This document shows, in pieces, positions 30,245 through 45,729 of a stretch of 64,000 nt of DNA (its first letter is position 1; each line of letters begins with the position of its first letter). This DNA is from Auanema rhodensis. Taxonomy: Eukaryota > Animalia > Nematoda. Made by a program: the position numbers and the translations under genes. Below the pieces are notes generated by a model. It was not told the origin of the DNA. It was given only the letters and a program-made list of their open reading frames with translations, and did not search any database. Location: positions 7,440,001-7,504,000 of the forward strand of contig OZ059898.1 in the NCBI GenBank assembly GCA_964057225.1. Reading direction: 5' to 3'.

Positions 30245-33200
30245 GAAATATTAATCTATCTACCTTTTCGTCATTCAGTATTCAAAAGAAAGAACGAAAA
30301 TAAAGTTGAAAATGAACAAATAAGAAAATGAGTTAATTGAGAAAGCTGAATCAGTCAAGCTATCCAGAAGCTTATATTAATCTCTTGTATATTGAAATTG
30401 TTATCTTCTCATTCTTCATATTAGAATTATAAACAGGATTGTTATCATTCTAAGCTTGAGGACATTGCAAAATTTTGGTTTATTTTCACGTTTATTCCAT
30501 CCTTATCCTCCGTTTCTCCTTTTTTTCTTACTTTTCAGCTTCTCTTGTGCTTTGGTCCGACTTTGATGTCTTCTTTCTTCTTGTCTTTCATCGTCTTCGC
30601 TTTCCGACGACTCGTGCCCTCTATACTCTTTCCTTCTTATCCTTCTGCCTCCATTTTCGTTTCGTCCATTTCTTCTGCTACTAGATCGCAGGACTGACTC
30701 TTTCTTTTTTCCTCTTTTTTTTTCATTGAAACCTTTTCTCTCCATTTGCAGAGCTGGTAGCAGTTCATTCGTCGACCATCATCACAACTTCCACTTGCAT
30801 TCACACTCGTGGCTTTAAGGCGGCTAGCCCTCCCACTTTATATCCCTTTTAGTTAGTTCATTTCTCTCCTATCTCTTGTTTTATACTTATTTTTTTCTAT
30901 TGGCCAAAAGCCAACATTTCGTCGTTTTTGCAAAAGCACACAGACAGACATTCAGATATCTAATCAGTTCATTTGAACTGTTCATAGATTGAAAATCATA
31001 TAATACTTAATCATTCACAATAAAACAATAATCGAATCATCTGAAACAAAGTTGTTTAGTATATGTTGCCAAATATAAATTTAAAAAATTATTTATTTTC
31101 TTCAAAACTTTTTATTATAAGTACACTCTGTTATGAGTAGATTATACACACTTTCAAATATTTTAATAACTTCACGTGAATATGACGTGAAACTTTAAGT
31201 TTTATATTTTGCTCTCACATGGCTCACAAAACGGGTTGTGCTTCTTATTTCAATTTTCAAATTTATAACTGTCTTAATTGATTTTGTTTTCTTTTTCAAC
31301 AAAACTGTATGAAGACATATAGTTAATATATACAATATAAATATTAAATAATCATTAGAATATAATATATAGTATACATCTATTATACTATTTATACATA
31401 TAAATTAAATTGTTTATCATATAATTTTATTTGTTTGGATAAAATCTGGAATTTAATTTCCACAACTGTCGGTACTTTCTCTCAATCGACGCATAATTTG
31501 AATATTAACTCATGTTTCGAGCATTGTTTAAGTACCAGCTTGAGTAATACCTTATATATTCATTACTGTATTATTTTAGTAACTTATAGTTTATTTTATA
31601 ACTTAGACTATAGACTATTTGGAAAAGTTCACCTAACACATGTCGTTTGTTCTGTTTTTTAAATTGAAATTTCTATTTCTTAGAAAGTAAGTAGTAAGCA
31701 TTTTCAATTAAATTAAATTGATTTCTTTCTATTATTTTAATAATTTGGTAATATATATAAACTTAACTATATATATATATATATTTCTATATGTATACAT
31801 ATATCTATCTAAATTGAAATTTCTTTTCTATGCTTCATATGGGTTGATGATGTGTAATAGCTATTCTAACCAACCTTCATCAACAGTAAATGCTTTAACG
31901 AAACATAATTGCTATAGGATTGAATACGATGCTGAAATGAAGAATCGTTGGCTCATAGGCACATGAACATATTTCTGAGTAACATGTTCATTTATTCCTT
32001 CGTTTGGCTAGTCCAGCTGAACACACGATGAAGGACAAATTTCGTGGTTTTGCTGTCAGAAACGACAGCAACAGCTTCTCAGCGTCGATGAGAAGAAAGC
32101 AAAATAATTTTGGTTCTTCAACATGTATCTTAACGGAATTAAACGTTTATTTTCTGATGAGAGATGACTAAACTGAGATGATCACTAAGAAATAATGTTA
32201 TAAATGAATAAAAAAACTGAAATATACCTAGCTTGTAATGATGCAACAGATATTTTCTTTATTGAAAGCAACTGAAACAGCTACAGCGTATAGCATATGG
32301 TATTAATATGTCACAACATATCATTCTGACATTGAACTCAAATATTCTTCTCTTCTCTCATTTCATTCTGTTTGAATCATCATGTGAATCAGTTGAAGCT
32401 CATTTAGACATCTCAGAAGAAACTTTGTTCAGCTCAGATATGTAACTACTTCACACCACTCCCTCTTCTCTTAGCTATCTCTCACTTCGGCGCTGCTGCT
32501 CATTCCAATTTTCCCTCATTCTCCACACACATTCTGCCAAACAATTGAAAAGCAACCATCGTTGTTTCTTTTCTCGCCGCCAATCAGCTTGTCTCCTTCT
32601 TTTCCCCACCAGCCCTTTCACCTTGTTCATTCGCATATCTCTTTGCTTCACTCCGTTGTCTATTGCTACTCCTACTTCTTCATCTACTTTTCTTTTCGGG
32701 TGCCTTGTCTCTCCCACCGCTGTCGTCTTTCCCGCTGGTCTCGTCTTTCCGTTTATCGTTGCTTCCTTAGTACTACCTGATCCTTCCTCTAACTCCCCCC
32801 TTCATTTTTCCATTTTTCTCTCAGAGCATCATATTAGTATCTTAGGATCGTCTTGATCAGCTTACCGGAAGTTACATATATGCTAGCGGTGTCATTTGAC
32901 CTTTGGTTGATGATGTTTCTATTTATTGATGACAATCAATTCATTGAACTGTAAAGTACTTTCAACTCATCAACGATTCCTCATCAATGTTGGCTCATTT
33001 ATCCAATTTCTTCGATTTCATGCTTTCTAACACATTCTTTTTCAAGTATTTTATGACTTTCGCCACATGATATTCAAGCTTTTCCTCCATCGTATGAGTG
33101 TCAGCCGACCACAACTAGCCAGTCATTCAGCATATGTCTGTGTATTCTCTAGATTTTCCTTTCATGTCGAAAAGCTCACATGTTAGCTTGAAAGCTTCGC

Positions 33201-33585
33201 CTCTCTGCCTCCCCCTTCTCTCTCTCATTGAAACGAAAAAAAAGAAGAAGAGAGAAAAAGAAGTTGCAAGCTACTGCTGACGTTGTCGCTGATGCTGGTA
33301 GCAGTATGACTCGATATGCGTGAATCAGTCACATAACCGTATGAACTTCGTTTATATTCCGTTTGAACATTGCTTTGTATGCAACTTTTCTAAGAGCATC
33401 GGCTTTAACATGAACATACAGCAGTACATTAAGTCCCATAATGATGACTATCATTATTATCATGTAATGCTGCTGTTGCTAGTTGAGTTGAATCTTTTTC
33501 AAGAATTTTTCAATTCACTAGCTTGTATGTATTTCCTTATCTTTTTTCATCACCATCCTTTCATTATATCTTACTATATCTTTTG

Positions 33586-33628
<43 letters not shown>
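33586..33628. repeat. (CT)n microsatellite
   Basis: Dinucleotide run. Confidence 0.95.
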
Positions 33629-33640
<12 letters not shown>

Positions 33641-34634
33641 TTCTTTCTTCTACTCCCTCTGAATTTACCTCTTAAGCGTGTTCATAACCCTTCATTCTTT
33701 TTGAATATTACTACGAAGTATATGTATATGATATATGCATATATGTGGTGTGCGTGTAGCTCACATCTCTCTACAGACAAGAAATTCTCAGCTCATGTCT
33801 CAGTTTAAACCGAGACCGAATAGGAAAATGCGTTGCCCTTTTCTTTGCATTTTTCTGTTTTCTTTCTTCACCATTTTCTCGTCTTCTCTCTTTCTCTGTT
33901 TTTTGGTTTAGCTCTCTGTGTCTATATTCATCAGCTTTCAGAGTTATTTCTTCCAGACCTCTTGGAGACCAACCATCTTGTTCTTCCTTAAGCTTCTATA
34001 ACATCAGTTCTTTTGACAATTTTTCGCTGTCCTCTTCGTTGTCGTCTATAGTCATCGTCAGGGTCATTTATCCGATTCCTAACTCTTGTTTCGTTTAAAG
34101 AAGGAATGATAGAAGTAGTCAAGACGGATGACGAAAAGATGGAGAGAGCAGGAACGAGGGTGAGGCACACACACACACTCACATACATACATACATACAC
34201 ACCCCTACACCCACTAACTGACTGACTGAGTGTTGAGAGCAAAACTTGTGCATAGTCGTCCCAGTCCACATTCTTCAACACTGCCGGCTGACTGACTGAC
34301 TTGGTGACTGAGCTCGTTGGCTTGACTAGCATGTAGTTGATGTTCTGTCGTCTTTCAGTTCCGACTTTGTTTCTGCGCGTGTTGTTTCATTGGTTTGCTT
34401 AAATCAGCTTGGCGTCATCGTCAAACGGCTTCGTAGTCCTTTCGAATCTTCGTAGCCTTTCTGCCAGCGCTCTCGCTGCCATTGTCTTCCGCTTTCATTT
34501 CTTTTCTTTGCAGAATTGAAATAGATATAAGCAATAGTTTGCAGAACTTACCTGCTCCCACATCATCCATTACACCTCTTACCCCATTTGAAATGAGTCT
34601 TTTCATTTTCTCTCTCTTCCTCTTTCTCTCTCAT

Positions 34635-34678
<44 letters not shown>

Positions 34679-37600
34679 TTTCTCCATATCTTTCTCTCTT
34701 TTAATTTTTTCCTTGGTTTATGTCTTTTCCAAAGATAATAAATATGTCTTCCCTATATCTATTGTCATGTTTTCTTGGTTAGCTCTAACAAAGCGTTATA
34801 CTTTCAAATGATCACAACTTTTCAGATTTGACAAGAAAAAGATGACACAATATCTGAAAAGAAAATCAAATTAAAATGAGAGAAATTGAGAGTTAAAGTG
34901 TCTTATCACTCAGCACAAAAAGACTGTTTTGCGCTTTGCTCTCCCCGTCAACCTTGCAAGCATCTTCTCTCTTTACTAGCCTTTCACTCTTCTACCTTCG
35001 TTTCTTCTCTTTATCGTGAACGACGACATCGTTGTCGTGATGTCATTCGTTCACATTAGAAGCGCCTCTAGCTCAAACTTTTCATTGCAAGAGGAACACT
35101 CATCTCAGATTCTATTGCAACTTTTGCGACCACATATGCGATAGCATTGAAAAGAACAAGCTTGACAACGAATATGTTTTTCTCCACAAAAGCCTTTCTT
35201 CATATCGGAATATTATTTTGACTTTTTTTTCATTTTCTTGTGTCTTCTAGATAAGCTCAACATCATCTAGAATAAAAGAAAAGCATGACTGCACGTTTTA
35301 TAGCATGTTTACAAACTTGTCACAGTATTTTATTATAAAGAAAATATTATTTTTCTGGAACAAACTTTATCATTCATCTATGTTCTACTAAAGATTTATC
35401 AAAAAATAGTCTTTTTTTATTGATTTTATACGTTTTTCCCACCTTTTTTCTTCGTCCATTCATCCAACTGGTGTTCCTCATAGTTTGTACTTCGAGTGCA
35501 GTTATGTTCGTCCGCTCAGCATTGCAATCCATTTACTAAGCAAAAAAAACCTTTTTTTTTGTCTTATACAATCAATAGAAGAATTCAAAAATATAAAATT
35601 AGATAATGATAAAAAAATTGTCTTCATTTCTTGTTATATCATTAAGAATTAATTGTTTTTTTTCTTTTTCTATTATATTATAATTATTTTTTATTTTTTT
35701 TTTACTATATGATTGAAATATTATTCTTTTTACATATTTTCTTCTATATATTCATAATGGACTTTTAATTTTTTAACAACTTTATTATAGTAAAAGTCAT
35801 GAGGCAAGTAAGTGAATGCTGGTGTTTTTAGTTTTTCTATTTCTTTATTTCTCATATTTCGTCCTTTTTTTAGTTATAAACTTAGGTTTAATTGAATATT
35901 TAATCAAAATTATATAATTATTATGTCATTAGTTAGCGAATATTTTGTCATTATTCTCAAGATTATGATACGTCATAACGAGTAGATTTGAGATTATCCA
36001 CTATTTTTCTCTCCTCTTCTATTTCTCTCTCTATCTTTCTCTCTCTTTTTTTCTCTTTATCTTTATAATTGATTTTAACTCTTCTAATAATAATTGAATA
36101 CCCTACACTGACTGCAATAGTTGTTCCAAATGTAGAAATGAGTGATCTGTGACGACAAAGTGAACCAACCTACTAACTAACTAACCAACGAACGTACGAA
36201 CTAACGAACGAATAAGCGAGTGAGTAAGTGAGGAAGTGAATCCCATTCAATGATGCCGTCTTGCCTGTACTCTTTGTATTTCATTTTTCTGAATTTCTTC
36301 TTCTATCCATCAAACTATCGACACACAGATATATATACACACATACACATACAGACATACACACAGCCTCCCCCCCCCCTCCCACCCAGACAGACAGATA
36401 GACAGACAGACAGGACGGCACAAACACACAGAAGGCTTATGCTTCTTCACTTCATCAGAAAAAAAAAGGAGCAAGCCATCAAGCCACCAGTCATCCAATG
36501 AACAGCACAACTCCAGCCACACATGTACACACACACATACTCACACTCTCGTTTACGCTCATCTTTACCTCACTTGTTTATCATTTTTCTTTTCCAACTT
36601 CATATTTCTTCTTCTTTTTTCTGTCAATTTTTATTATTATTTCAATAATGATTATTCAAAAATATATGTTTGATAACACAAATATTTCCTATAATCATTT
36701 CTATTTGAAGTTTTAGCATATCATGCGAACATATTTGAATTCAATTGAAATATAGATAGTTTCTTTCTTTTTTTTCGACGTTTCATCGTCAAAAATTGTT
36801 ATTTGGTGTCATATAGATACAGTCATTATTGAGTTTTTCTTTATCAAACATATCGTTTACAGAACCAAAAAAAAAGAATATTTGAAATAATATATTAGGG
36901 TCTTTCTCTTTTGCTTCCTAAGTCTATATCTATCTCTTTTATTCTGGTATCTCTTTTTCTCTCCTGTTTCCGCTTATATTGCCGTAGGGTTTCCAAACAT
37001 AGAATTGAACCTTTATGCTTTTCGTGTTGAGCATTGTTGGATTTCTTCATTTCTCGTTTGCAGCTTGATTGTGATTCTTTTTCTTGTTGAAATAGATCAC
37101 ATGCGAAGGAGAAAAACGAAAAGTAACGAAAAGAAGGCCGAATTGACTGCTTTCTAGACTGAATGGGTAAACAACTATTCGTCTACTTCCCTTTTTTTCT
37201 CCTTTCCTCTCCTAGGCAAAAACGTTGTGCAGCTTTTGCTCGTCATCTCTTTTCCCAGGCTTTGAAAATCTTCATCACGTTATGATAGTTTAACTTCTAA
37301 GTTAACTTTATGGTGTGTGAAATCCGACTATCCGTTGGTGGATCGTTCCATCAGCTAGTCGTTCATTCGGCTAAAAGGGCGGCTTGGTTAGATTGCTAGC
37401 TACGTTCGTTCGCTCAATCGGGGGAGCAGTCGTCATTCCCATCCACATCATTGCCGACGTTGTCCTCATTGACGAGAAGAAGACCGAGCCGGATAACTGG
37501 GAATGAGGGAGAGAAGACGAATGAAGATGAAAAGGAAAACAGAAAGTAAAAAAAGAAAAAAAGAAATGCAGAGAGTAGATGAGAAGTGAAAGAAGAAAAA

Positions 37601-38157
37601 CGGAAGGACATTTTAGCTGCTGCTGCTACTACCACTACGACCGCCAATCGAATAGTGTCCAAGACGACGACAGCGGCGACAACGATGACAACGTCCTCAT
37701 GTCGTTTCTCTGCAGCTCGTGAAGCAGAGAAACAACGAACTAGCATTTACTTTGTTTCTAATGGCATGAGTCATGTTATTGACGATGTTTCAATGTTGTG
37801 TATGAAAGGCAAGCAAGTGCTTCGTGTTTGCTGCGACCAATCTTCTCTTTTCTCCAATGCTGCAAAGCTAAATTCGCGAAGTCAGCCTCTTTTCTTCGTT
37901 CTTTTTTCCTTTTGGAGATAGTTAATTGTGTTTTCTCTCGTAAAACAAAAATCTTTTTTGTTTCTACCGATATTTCGTGGTAATTAAGCTAGCAAAGTCA
38001 AGTTCTCCATAAGCCCTGTTCTCTTCATCCATAGTGTATGTCATCATCATCATCACATCTAGCTTCGGTAATTCTTTTCTTGTCATTGCTCTGAAAGAGT
38101 ACTAACCCCTCAACATCATTGTTCTTTCTCTCTTTCCCTTTATCTCTCTCTCCCCAT

Positions 38158-38262
<105 letters not shown>

Positions 38263-38513
38263 CAACTCTACTTCATCCCCTCATTCGTTGAACATAAGAA
38301 AGCTGTTGGGAAAACCATCATGAGGCTCATTTCATACATATATATCTTGTTATTTCATCCAATTTAATTATTCATTTTCCCTACTTTTGATTCATTTTTG
38401 TGTTTTTTATTTTCAATTCGTATGATTTATCTTCATAAATTGTCTTTTAAGATGTTGCTGTTTGTTAATTGCTCTTTAACTTCATCTATTCGCATTCTCT
38501 TTGACCTCTTCTT

Positions 38514-38548
<35 letters not shown>

Positions 38549-39241
38549 CTTTCTCTTTTTTCTCGTTTTTACGTTCATTTGACTGCTAAACATCTTTCAC
38601 AATAACTGATTTCTCAATCTTACACTTGTTCTATTTCAATATATTACTTTCTCACCTTCGAATTTCCACGGATTCCCTCCACTCTGTGTTGTCAACTTAT
38701 CGCTCTCAGCGGCTTAGCTTCAAGTCCGGATGTGTTAGTCTCAGCTTTCCAGTGAAAAGAGAAAACGACATGCACACATCCATACATTTTGTCGTTGGTC
38801 CTCGTCATCATTGTCATTGTCGTAGCCGTCCTCAGACTTTCTTTCTTCATCAGCTTTTGCCGAGCTCTTAGTCGATTCTTTTTGATTGTCTTTTGAGCGT
38901 CATTGACATCACCCTCATCATCATCCTGCCGTTGTCATCCAAACCATTATTACTCTATCTAAGTTGTCAGGTGTACATCACGCTGTTCAGTATTTTCATC
39001 GCCATAGACATATATCTGTGTCTATGTACATGCTAAGGATGAGAATGTGAGCGACGAGTGTGACCTCATATCGCATGCACAGTCGTCTCAGTTCATCGTC
39101 TCTTCTTGCTATCGTTATATATGTGCTATAGGGCTGGAGAAGGGCATGCTCATATCTCACTCAGTCACAGTCGACGAGCTTATTCTCACCACAACCCAGT
39201 ATTCACGCCACATCCTTTTCTCGCTCTCGTTCCTCTCCTTG

Positions 39242-39272
<31 letters not shown>

Positions 39273-42200
39273 TTCTATATCTCCTTTTCTTTCTTTCTAT
39301 TCATTTCCTTCATAGATACTTGTCTTCTTCTTCTTCTTTCACTCTTCTACTCGCCCAGCTCCTCACCCTTTAAACCTTCTTGTCATCTACTCAGCTTCTT
39401 TCTGTCATTTGGAATTGTCTCTTTTTCTGTTTTTCTCTTTGTTAGCTAACAGTCTTGTCAAATGAGGTGAAAGAAAAGCAAGAAGCACAAGTAACCACAG
39501 CTACCAAACCCAAAAGCTCTTCCTTCGTCTGCTCTTCTTCCTGCTAGCCCTTTTCCCCTTTTCCGATCTTCACCCACAACACACATACATACAGAGACAC
39601 ATATACACACCAGCAGCAAAAGAGACAACGAACAACTAAACGACTCCCCTTCCAATCCCTCTCCTCTCTCTTTCTCCTCTTATTCGTGTCATCATCTACG
39701 CACTCAACAGCAGACTCCCCACTACGTTCTCAGCTGTTTGGTCGACATGGACGTAGTCAACGTCATCGCTGTTGTCGCCATCGTGCTTGATTTTGTCGTT
39801 TTCGGTGTCGTACTAGTTGAAAGACATTGGTCTCCCCATATTCATACTTCCCATACTTCCCATACTACACACCAACATACAAATACATAGCCATGAGGTT
39901 CTAGTCCTCAAACCTCTTTCCACTAGCCTTCATCCTCGTCCTTCTCCTCCACCCATCGTTCTCTTCCATATGTCAGCCATCGGCGACGACGCATCTTTCT
40001 TTCTCGTTTCTCTCTTGTTTTCCTTCCTCTCTCGAATACCACCAAGACTCGTCAGCATCACCAGTTCAGTTGATCGTCTTATTCTCACTCCTCGTTGTGA
40101 CTGCTGCATTCTCAGCTCTTCTGCTGGTGCGTCATGTCGTCTTCTTCTACCGTTCACGCATTAACCCCTTCACCGTTTCTTCCACCCCATACACTCTCAC
40201 ATTCCCTCTCTTCTTAATCTATATCTATCCACTTTCTTTCCTTCTTTTCCTTTCCTCTTTCTCTTATGTATCATATGACCTCCTAGCGAACTATGTTGCC
40301 ATCAGTTCACTTTGCGGCAGCTAAAGTTTGCTCCGATCCCTCTCATTCTCGCCTTCTCTCTCTCTCTCTCTCTTTCTTTTTTTTTCATTCAGCTTTTTAT
40401 TCACATCAGTTACTCCGTAGGGTGATTTTAATGTTTTCATTTGTATGTGCATGCCTTCAGGTCACAACACCAGCTTTATGATGTTTTGTAACCAATCGGG
40501 CTTGATTTGCCCAACTACATGGTTACATACATTAGCTGAGCCACAAACACTATACAAGTAGCTGTTTTCCAATTGTTATCCATTCTGATCCATCTTCCAG
40601 TTTCTATATTGAGACTTCGACACGTGCCTAGTATCGCTATGCCTTTTGGAGATTTTTCTTCTTGTTTTGCCACCTTCAACCATGCCCTTTGGCTTTATAT
40701 AGTTTCCTTGAAACAGCTTTTTACTAAAATGGTTGACTAGTAGTCTATTCTATGCTTCATCCCGTTTCTTTCAATTTCTCTTTCTCTTCTTTTCATCCTA
40801 AACCTTCTCCGTTTCTCAAACGACAAGCTCACGTGCGCCCTCGTTACAACCTGCTCTCACAAAACGGCTTTTTGTTTGTGTATGTGTGCTCAGTCTACCA
40901 TATACGGTCATGCTGTTCAGCGGTCTGGCGACCTCGTTGGCTTGTCAACGTTCAGTTGGCGAAAAATAGGTAGAGGAAGAAAAAAGAAAAAAAAGAGGAG
41001 TGTAGATATAAGTAGATGAAATGAACAGAGGGAAAGAGACATATCTACATGAAAAGTATTAGAAAGAGAGAAAAAGATAAAAAGGTAGAGAGAGGGGGGA
41101 TGAGAAACATAGAGAGTAGAAGAGATAGAGAGAGAGGAAGAGAAACATAGAGAGTGAAAGACCTCCAGTAAATCGTTCGGTCGTTCATTTCGTCCCTTCC
41201 TATGTATATGAATGAGTGTGATGCAGTTGAACAACACAACGATATCTCGTCGTCAATCCACATATACATTCGCATAGATTCATAGTATGCATCCATTTCT
41301 CTTTGTATCGTTGTGCTTTCTTTTCAAAGATCTTTCTTCCATCATCACAGGATTAATGGAGAAGCTCTTTGCCAAGGCTGTATCTCATGCTGCATACACC
41401 GAAGCCATTCATGATGTGTGAGTGCCAGTGCCAGCAGAAGCTGTTTTAGAAGAATGAAAGCTTGGAATGTATTCCTCTATAGTCGTAATCTCCAATATTA
41501 ACCGCAATCGTCTAGTATACAGCAATTTCACACTATCTATAACACTGTCTCGTCATTATTCGTCTGTTTGATCGTAATCTTCCAATCATTACGTTCAATC
41601 GTTTACTGCACCCAATATCCGGATCCGTTTATTGACCGTTGAAATGACTTATCTCAGCTTGTCTTTTCTCTTTCGTCGTCTTTGAAGTCATAATCATCAT
41701 CATTATCATTTGCGACATCATCAGCAACATCGACTTGGCTGTTGTTGTGATCGTTTAGCTGATCCAGCCGAACATCATATAGTTTTTCTGCCTCCGTAGG
41801 AGATACATGTATGGGATAGTAGGCGTAAGCTGGATATTGGGGGTATTTTTGCTTTTGCAGAGCTCTCTCTCTCTCTCTCTCTATTGCTCTTGCTCTCGTC
41901 AACTTTTTCTATCAAAAACACTTATTCAATCACTTCTATCTCCTTTTCTTATTGCTTATTCTCCATCATCTTCATCATCAGCGTTATATGGTCACAGTAT
42001 CGATTGTTCATTCGTTCATTCTCAGTCTGTTCGCGGTTTTTCTGTCGTCATCCTCTTTCTGTCTCCTCTCCTCCCTATTTTTCTTGCTTCCCCTTTAGTT
42101 TCCTCTCGCTTGTCTTCTCATACAGGCCGTGATACCTTTTGAATAAAACGGCTTTATTGGTCACTGTTCATATCGACACAGGGACTGGAGACTATGTATA

Positions 42201-44296
42201 GAGAGGAGTGCTGATGGTGTGGGTGTTCGGATGATGACGATGTCGATGATGTTGTCGTCGCGATGTATGTCTATGGGGGCGTATAGCTGTATATGGATAC
42301 TTGACAGTGAAATACATAAATGGGTAGCAATTGGGTTGCCAAGGGCAGTCTGCCTGTCATTCCACCATAGTCCCACTTGTTTGTAGATGTAAATCTCAGC
42401 TCAGTTTGTGTGTTAAGAAACAAAGAATACTAACCAAGCTGAATTGAACGACTGCTATTGCTGATGGTCACTATCGGTCATGACACAAGAAGCAACGAAT
42501 GAGCCGGTGAGGCAGAAAACAACGAAAAAGGGAAAAAGATGACGACGTTGAGGTCCTGAGAGGCTAGGAAAGGACGGCACCAACTCCTCTTCCTTCTCTT
42601 CTTCTTCACTCCCCTTCTACCCCTTTTCTCCCACCCCTCCTCTCTTCCTCGCATAGCCTGACTGACTCATCTGCTGCTCGTTTTTCATTGTTTCGTCCTG
42701 GCGTCCCCCCCCCGCTCCTCTTGCATCGCCATCACCGTCCTCGCCGCCACCACCACACAACCACCAACAGCACTACCGCCAACAGCAGATACTCCCCCTC
42801 ATTCGCTTTGCATCGTCTGCACTCTCCATCTAATTCTCTTTTTCTCCGTCATTCTCTCGTGTCGCTGAGTCGTTGACTCTACGACCTCCCAATCATTCTA
42901 TGTTTCAGTCAATCCGTCCGTCTCCCATTGCCTCTCCTCTCGTCCCTTGGGCCGAGTCATTGGCTGGCGTCCGTCCAGTCCTTTCAGTATCTTTCACAGT
43001 CGTAGCTATCTTCGATGGTTGCATGTACCTTGCTGGTCATTCAGTATTGTGTCATTTCCAATCAACTCCACATGTTCTTCCTCTTGCATATGACGTTTAT
43101 CGTAATCCTTTAATCTTGAACTATAAATGTCTTGTTACTAATGAGTTGTATATCAACTATTTGAATGAACTTTCCAAATGTGTATTAGTTTTAATCAGAG
43201 TCTGTCTTCGTTTACTCTCATTCAATGTTGTAGTATTACTATTTTCATTTAAAAATGTATTTATTTAATTATACTTACTGTTCATTTCTTTATAGTCTGT
43301 CTAATATATCCAGATATATCGTCTCCTATATCGTTCACTCATTCTCCCTCCTATTTCACTTCTCTTCATTCAATCCTACTCTTTTCTGTCTTTCTCTAGG
43401 TCTCTGTTTCTCTTTGATTTTTCGTTTTTGGCGCCATTTCTCGTTCATATATAGACACGCTGCCTTTCTCCCTCGACCCTCGCTCGTTCTCTCTCTCTCT
43501 CCCAACATGTGTACCGGCACCGTGACCTCATTTCTCTCATCTTGTCTCCAACTGATATTCCATTCAACTTACAACAGCTTATTCCACCTATCCAGCAATC
43601 GATGCTCATCTCAGGGCTTAGCCACAGCATCACAAATAGCAAGATAACATAGATTCATGCGTGTTACATGTGCATGTATTTGAGTTTGTCATACTATAAA
43701 CCATTGTGTTCGGTATTGGTCATATCGTTTTCCTTAGCTATTCTATGCTGTAGCATATATAGTTTATTTTAATTATATATTTTACCTATATATAACTATG
43801 TTCATGAAACTTTATTTCATTTAAACAAATCTGAGAAATACAAAAACCCATTCATGAACAATCCATTTACTTCTATTATTCATCAATCTATATTCTGGTT
43901 ATGAGCTATAATTTTAAACTTTTTATGAACCATTTTAATCGTTTCTGTTTACTTATATTTCTATAATTCAAAATATTTTGCGATGTCTGCCTTAATCTCA
44001 TCTCCACCGCCTTTCCAGCATAGTCATCATCAGCATCATCATCGACATCATGTGGTCTTGATGTTAACGTCGTTCTCATTTTCTTTTTTTCCTTCTATTC
44101 CTCTTCTTCTTATCCTTTTCTTGTCTTAATACATCTACTTGCTTTTCCCTTTCGATTGCTTCTGTTTTTATTCCCTTTTTCTGCCATCTTCCCTGTCTTT
44201 CTTGTCTAATTTGAATTGTTTCATTTTGTTTTTTTCTTGTCATTCTACTTGCAAGTATTTTCGTTCACTTTTTAGCATGTCCATATATTCCGCTTG

Positions 44297-44302
44297 TTTC
44301 AG
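44297..44302 (+). promoter_or_regulatory. 3' splice or trans-splice acceptor (TTTCAG) 11 nt upstream of the baz-2 ATG
   Basis: Consensus nematode acceptor preceded by a long pyrimidine-rich tract (44070-44280). Confidence 0.6.
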
Positions 44303-44313
44303 TCAGATGTAAT

Positions 44314-45697
44314 ATGGGTGATCAAAACGCGCTGCTCCGATTTTTAGCTGCTCAGGTCACTCAACAGCAGCAACAGCAACAACAACAACAACAACAACAA
44401 CAACTTTCTGCTGCTCTATCAGCATTAAATGGATTATCCAATAATTCATCAAGTTCTACAAATGGAAACACTTCAAACTCCGGCTCTGTTTCTGCAGTAA
44501 ACGGTACAACTCCTCATCGCAATGGCCAACGCAATTCATCTTCTGGAACGAATGGATCACTTAATCAGATACAAGAAATGCTTCTTTGGCAAATGCTGGC
44601 AGCTCAACAAGCTCAGGTGAATCATTTTTTGAAATTATTATGTTGTTGTTCTTTTCTTCCAATTTGATTAATAATTTTGAATATATTGTAGGCACAATTG
44701 CTTAATATGCAGCAGCTTCAACAGCAAGCTCAGCAAGCCCAACAGTCTCAGGAACAAAATCAGCGATTAGAATGGCTTCAAAAAGAACTAATTCCTAAAG
44801 AGTTAGCTCGTCAACAGCAAAAGCTGAAACAACAACTGGAAGATCAACAGAAGCAACAACAACAGCAACAACAAAAAGTCTTTGACGAAGTGATCAAGAA
44901 GTTGGCCGATGCAGCTAAAAACGGCCAATTAAACGGACAATGTGAGTCTCATTTTCCTTTCTTTTTCTTTTTTTTTATTATTTACTTTTTTCTTTTATTC
45001 TTTTAAAAGTTTAATTAATCGATCATTCTATATATTCACTAAAACTAAAATGAAGATTAATCATGTAGTTCATGTGATATCACATTAAGATCATTCGTCA
45101 TTTTAAAATTTGAAGGAATCTCTTTTGAAATTCTATTGGATGATCAAATCCTCTTTCTCATGTGAATTGTGAGCTAATTTTCAATTAATTCTCTTTTCTC
45201 ATTGTATAATGCGTATGGCAAATATCAAATCCATGTTTGAAGTTTGTTCGTGTGATGGTGTTAAGATTACCTTTTGTTGGCAATAACAACGGAGTGATAT
45301 TGCCAATGGCATGAGAATAGTACCATTGAATACTTAATATACTTAATTGCTATATTAGAATAGTATAAGTTAATATAAGTAATTATCAACATTATGATGT
45401 GATATTTGTACTCAAACATCATAGTATATTGACCTTTAATAGAAAATATATTGAAATTTATAAGATTTTTATAATAATTTCTAACATATATTATATAGTT
45501 AAAGATTCATTATTTCTATAATAAGTAAGGTACTATTTTGACATTAACTACAGGATAATTTTGTGGTTGTATGTATGAGAGAGATGGGGAGTAGGAGAGT
45601 TGAAAAGAAGAAGCGTCCACGAACGAATAACCCGCTTAATGGAAATAACAGAGGAGAGAACCTCAATGAGCACAGATGGTGGACACGCAATCTGTTC

Positions 45698-45729
<32 letters not shown>

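Noticed and set aside
35809-35820. TAAGTGAATGCT, matching the 5' end of miR-86
   Set aside because: The match stops after 12 nt and no precursor hairpin is apparent.
36160-36240. Degenerate tetranucleotide run (AACT/AACG/GAGT)
   Set aside because: Drifting simple repeat with no repeat-spacer organisation.
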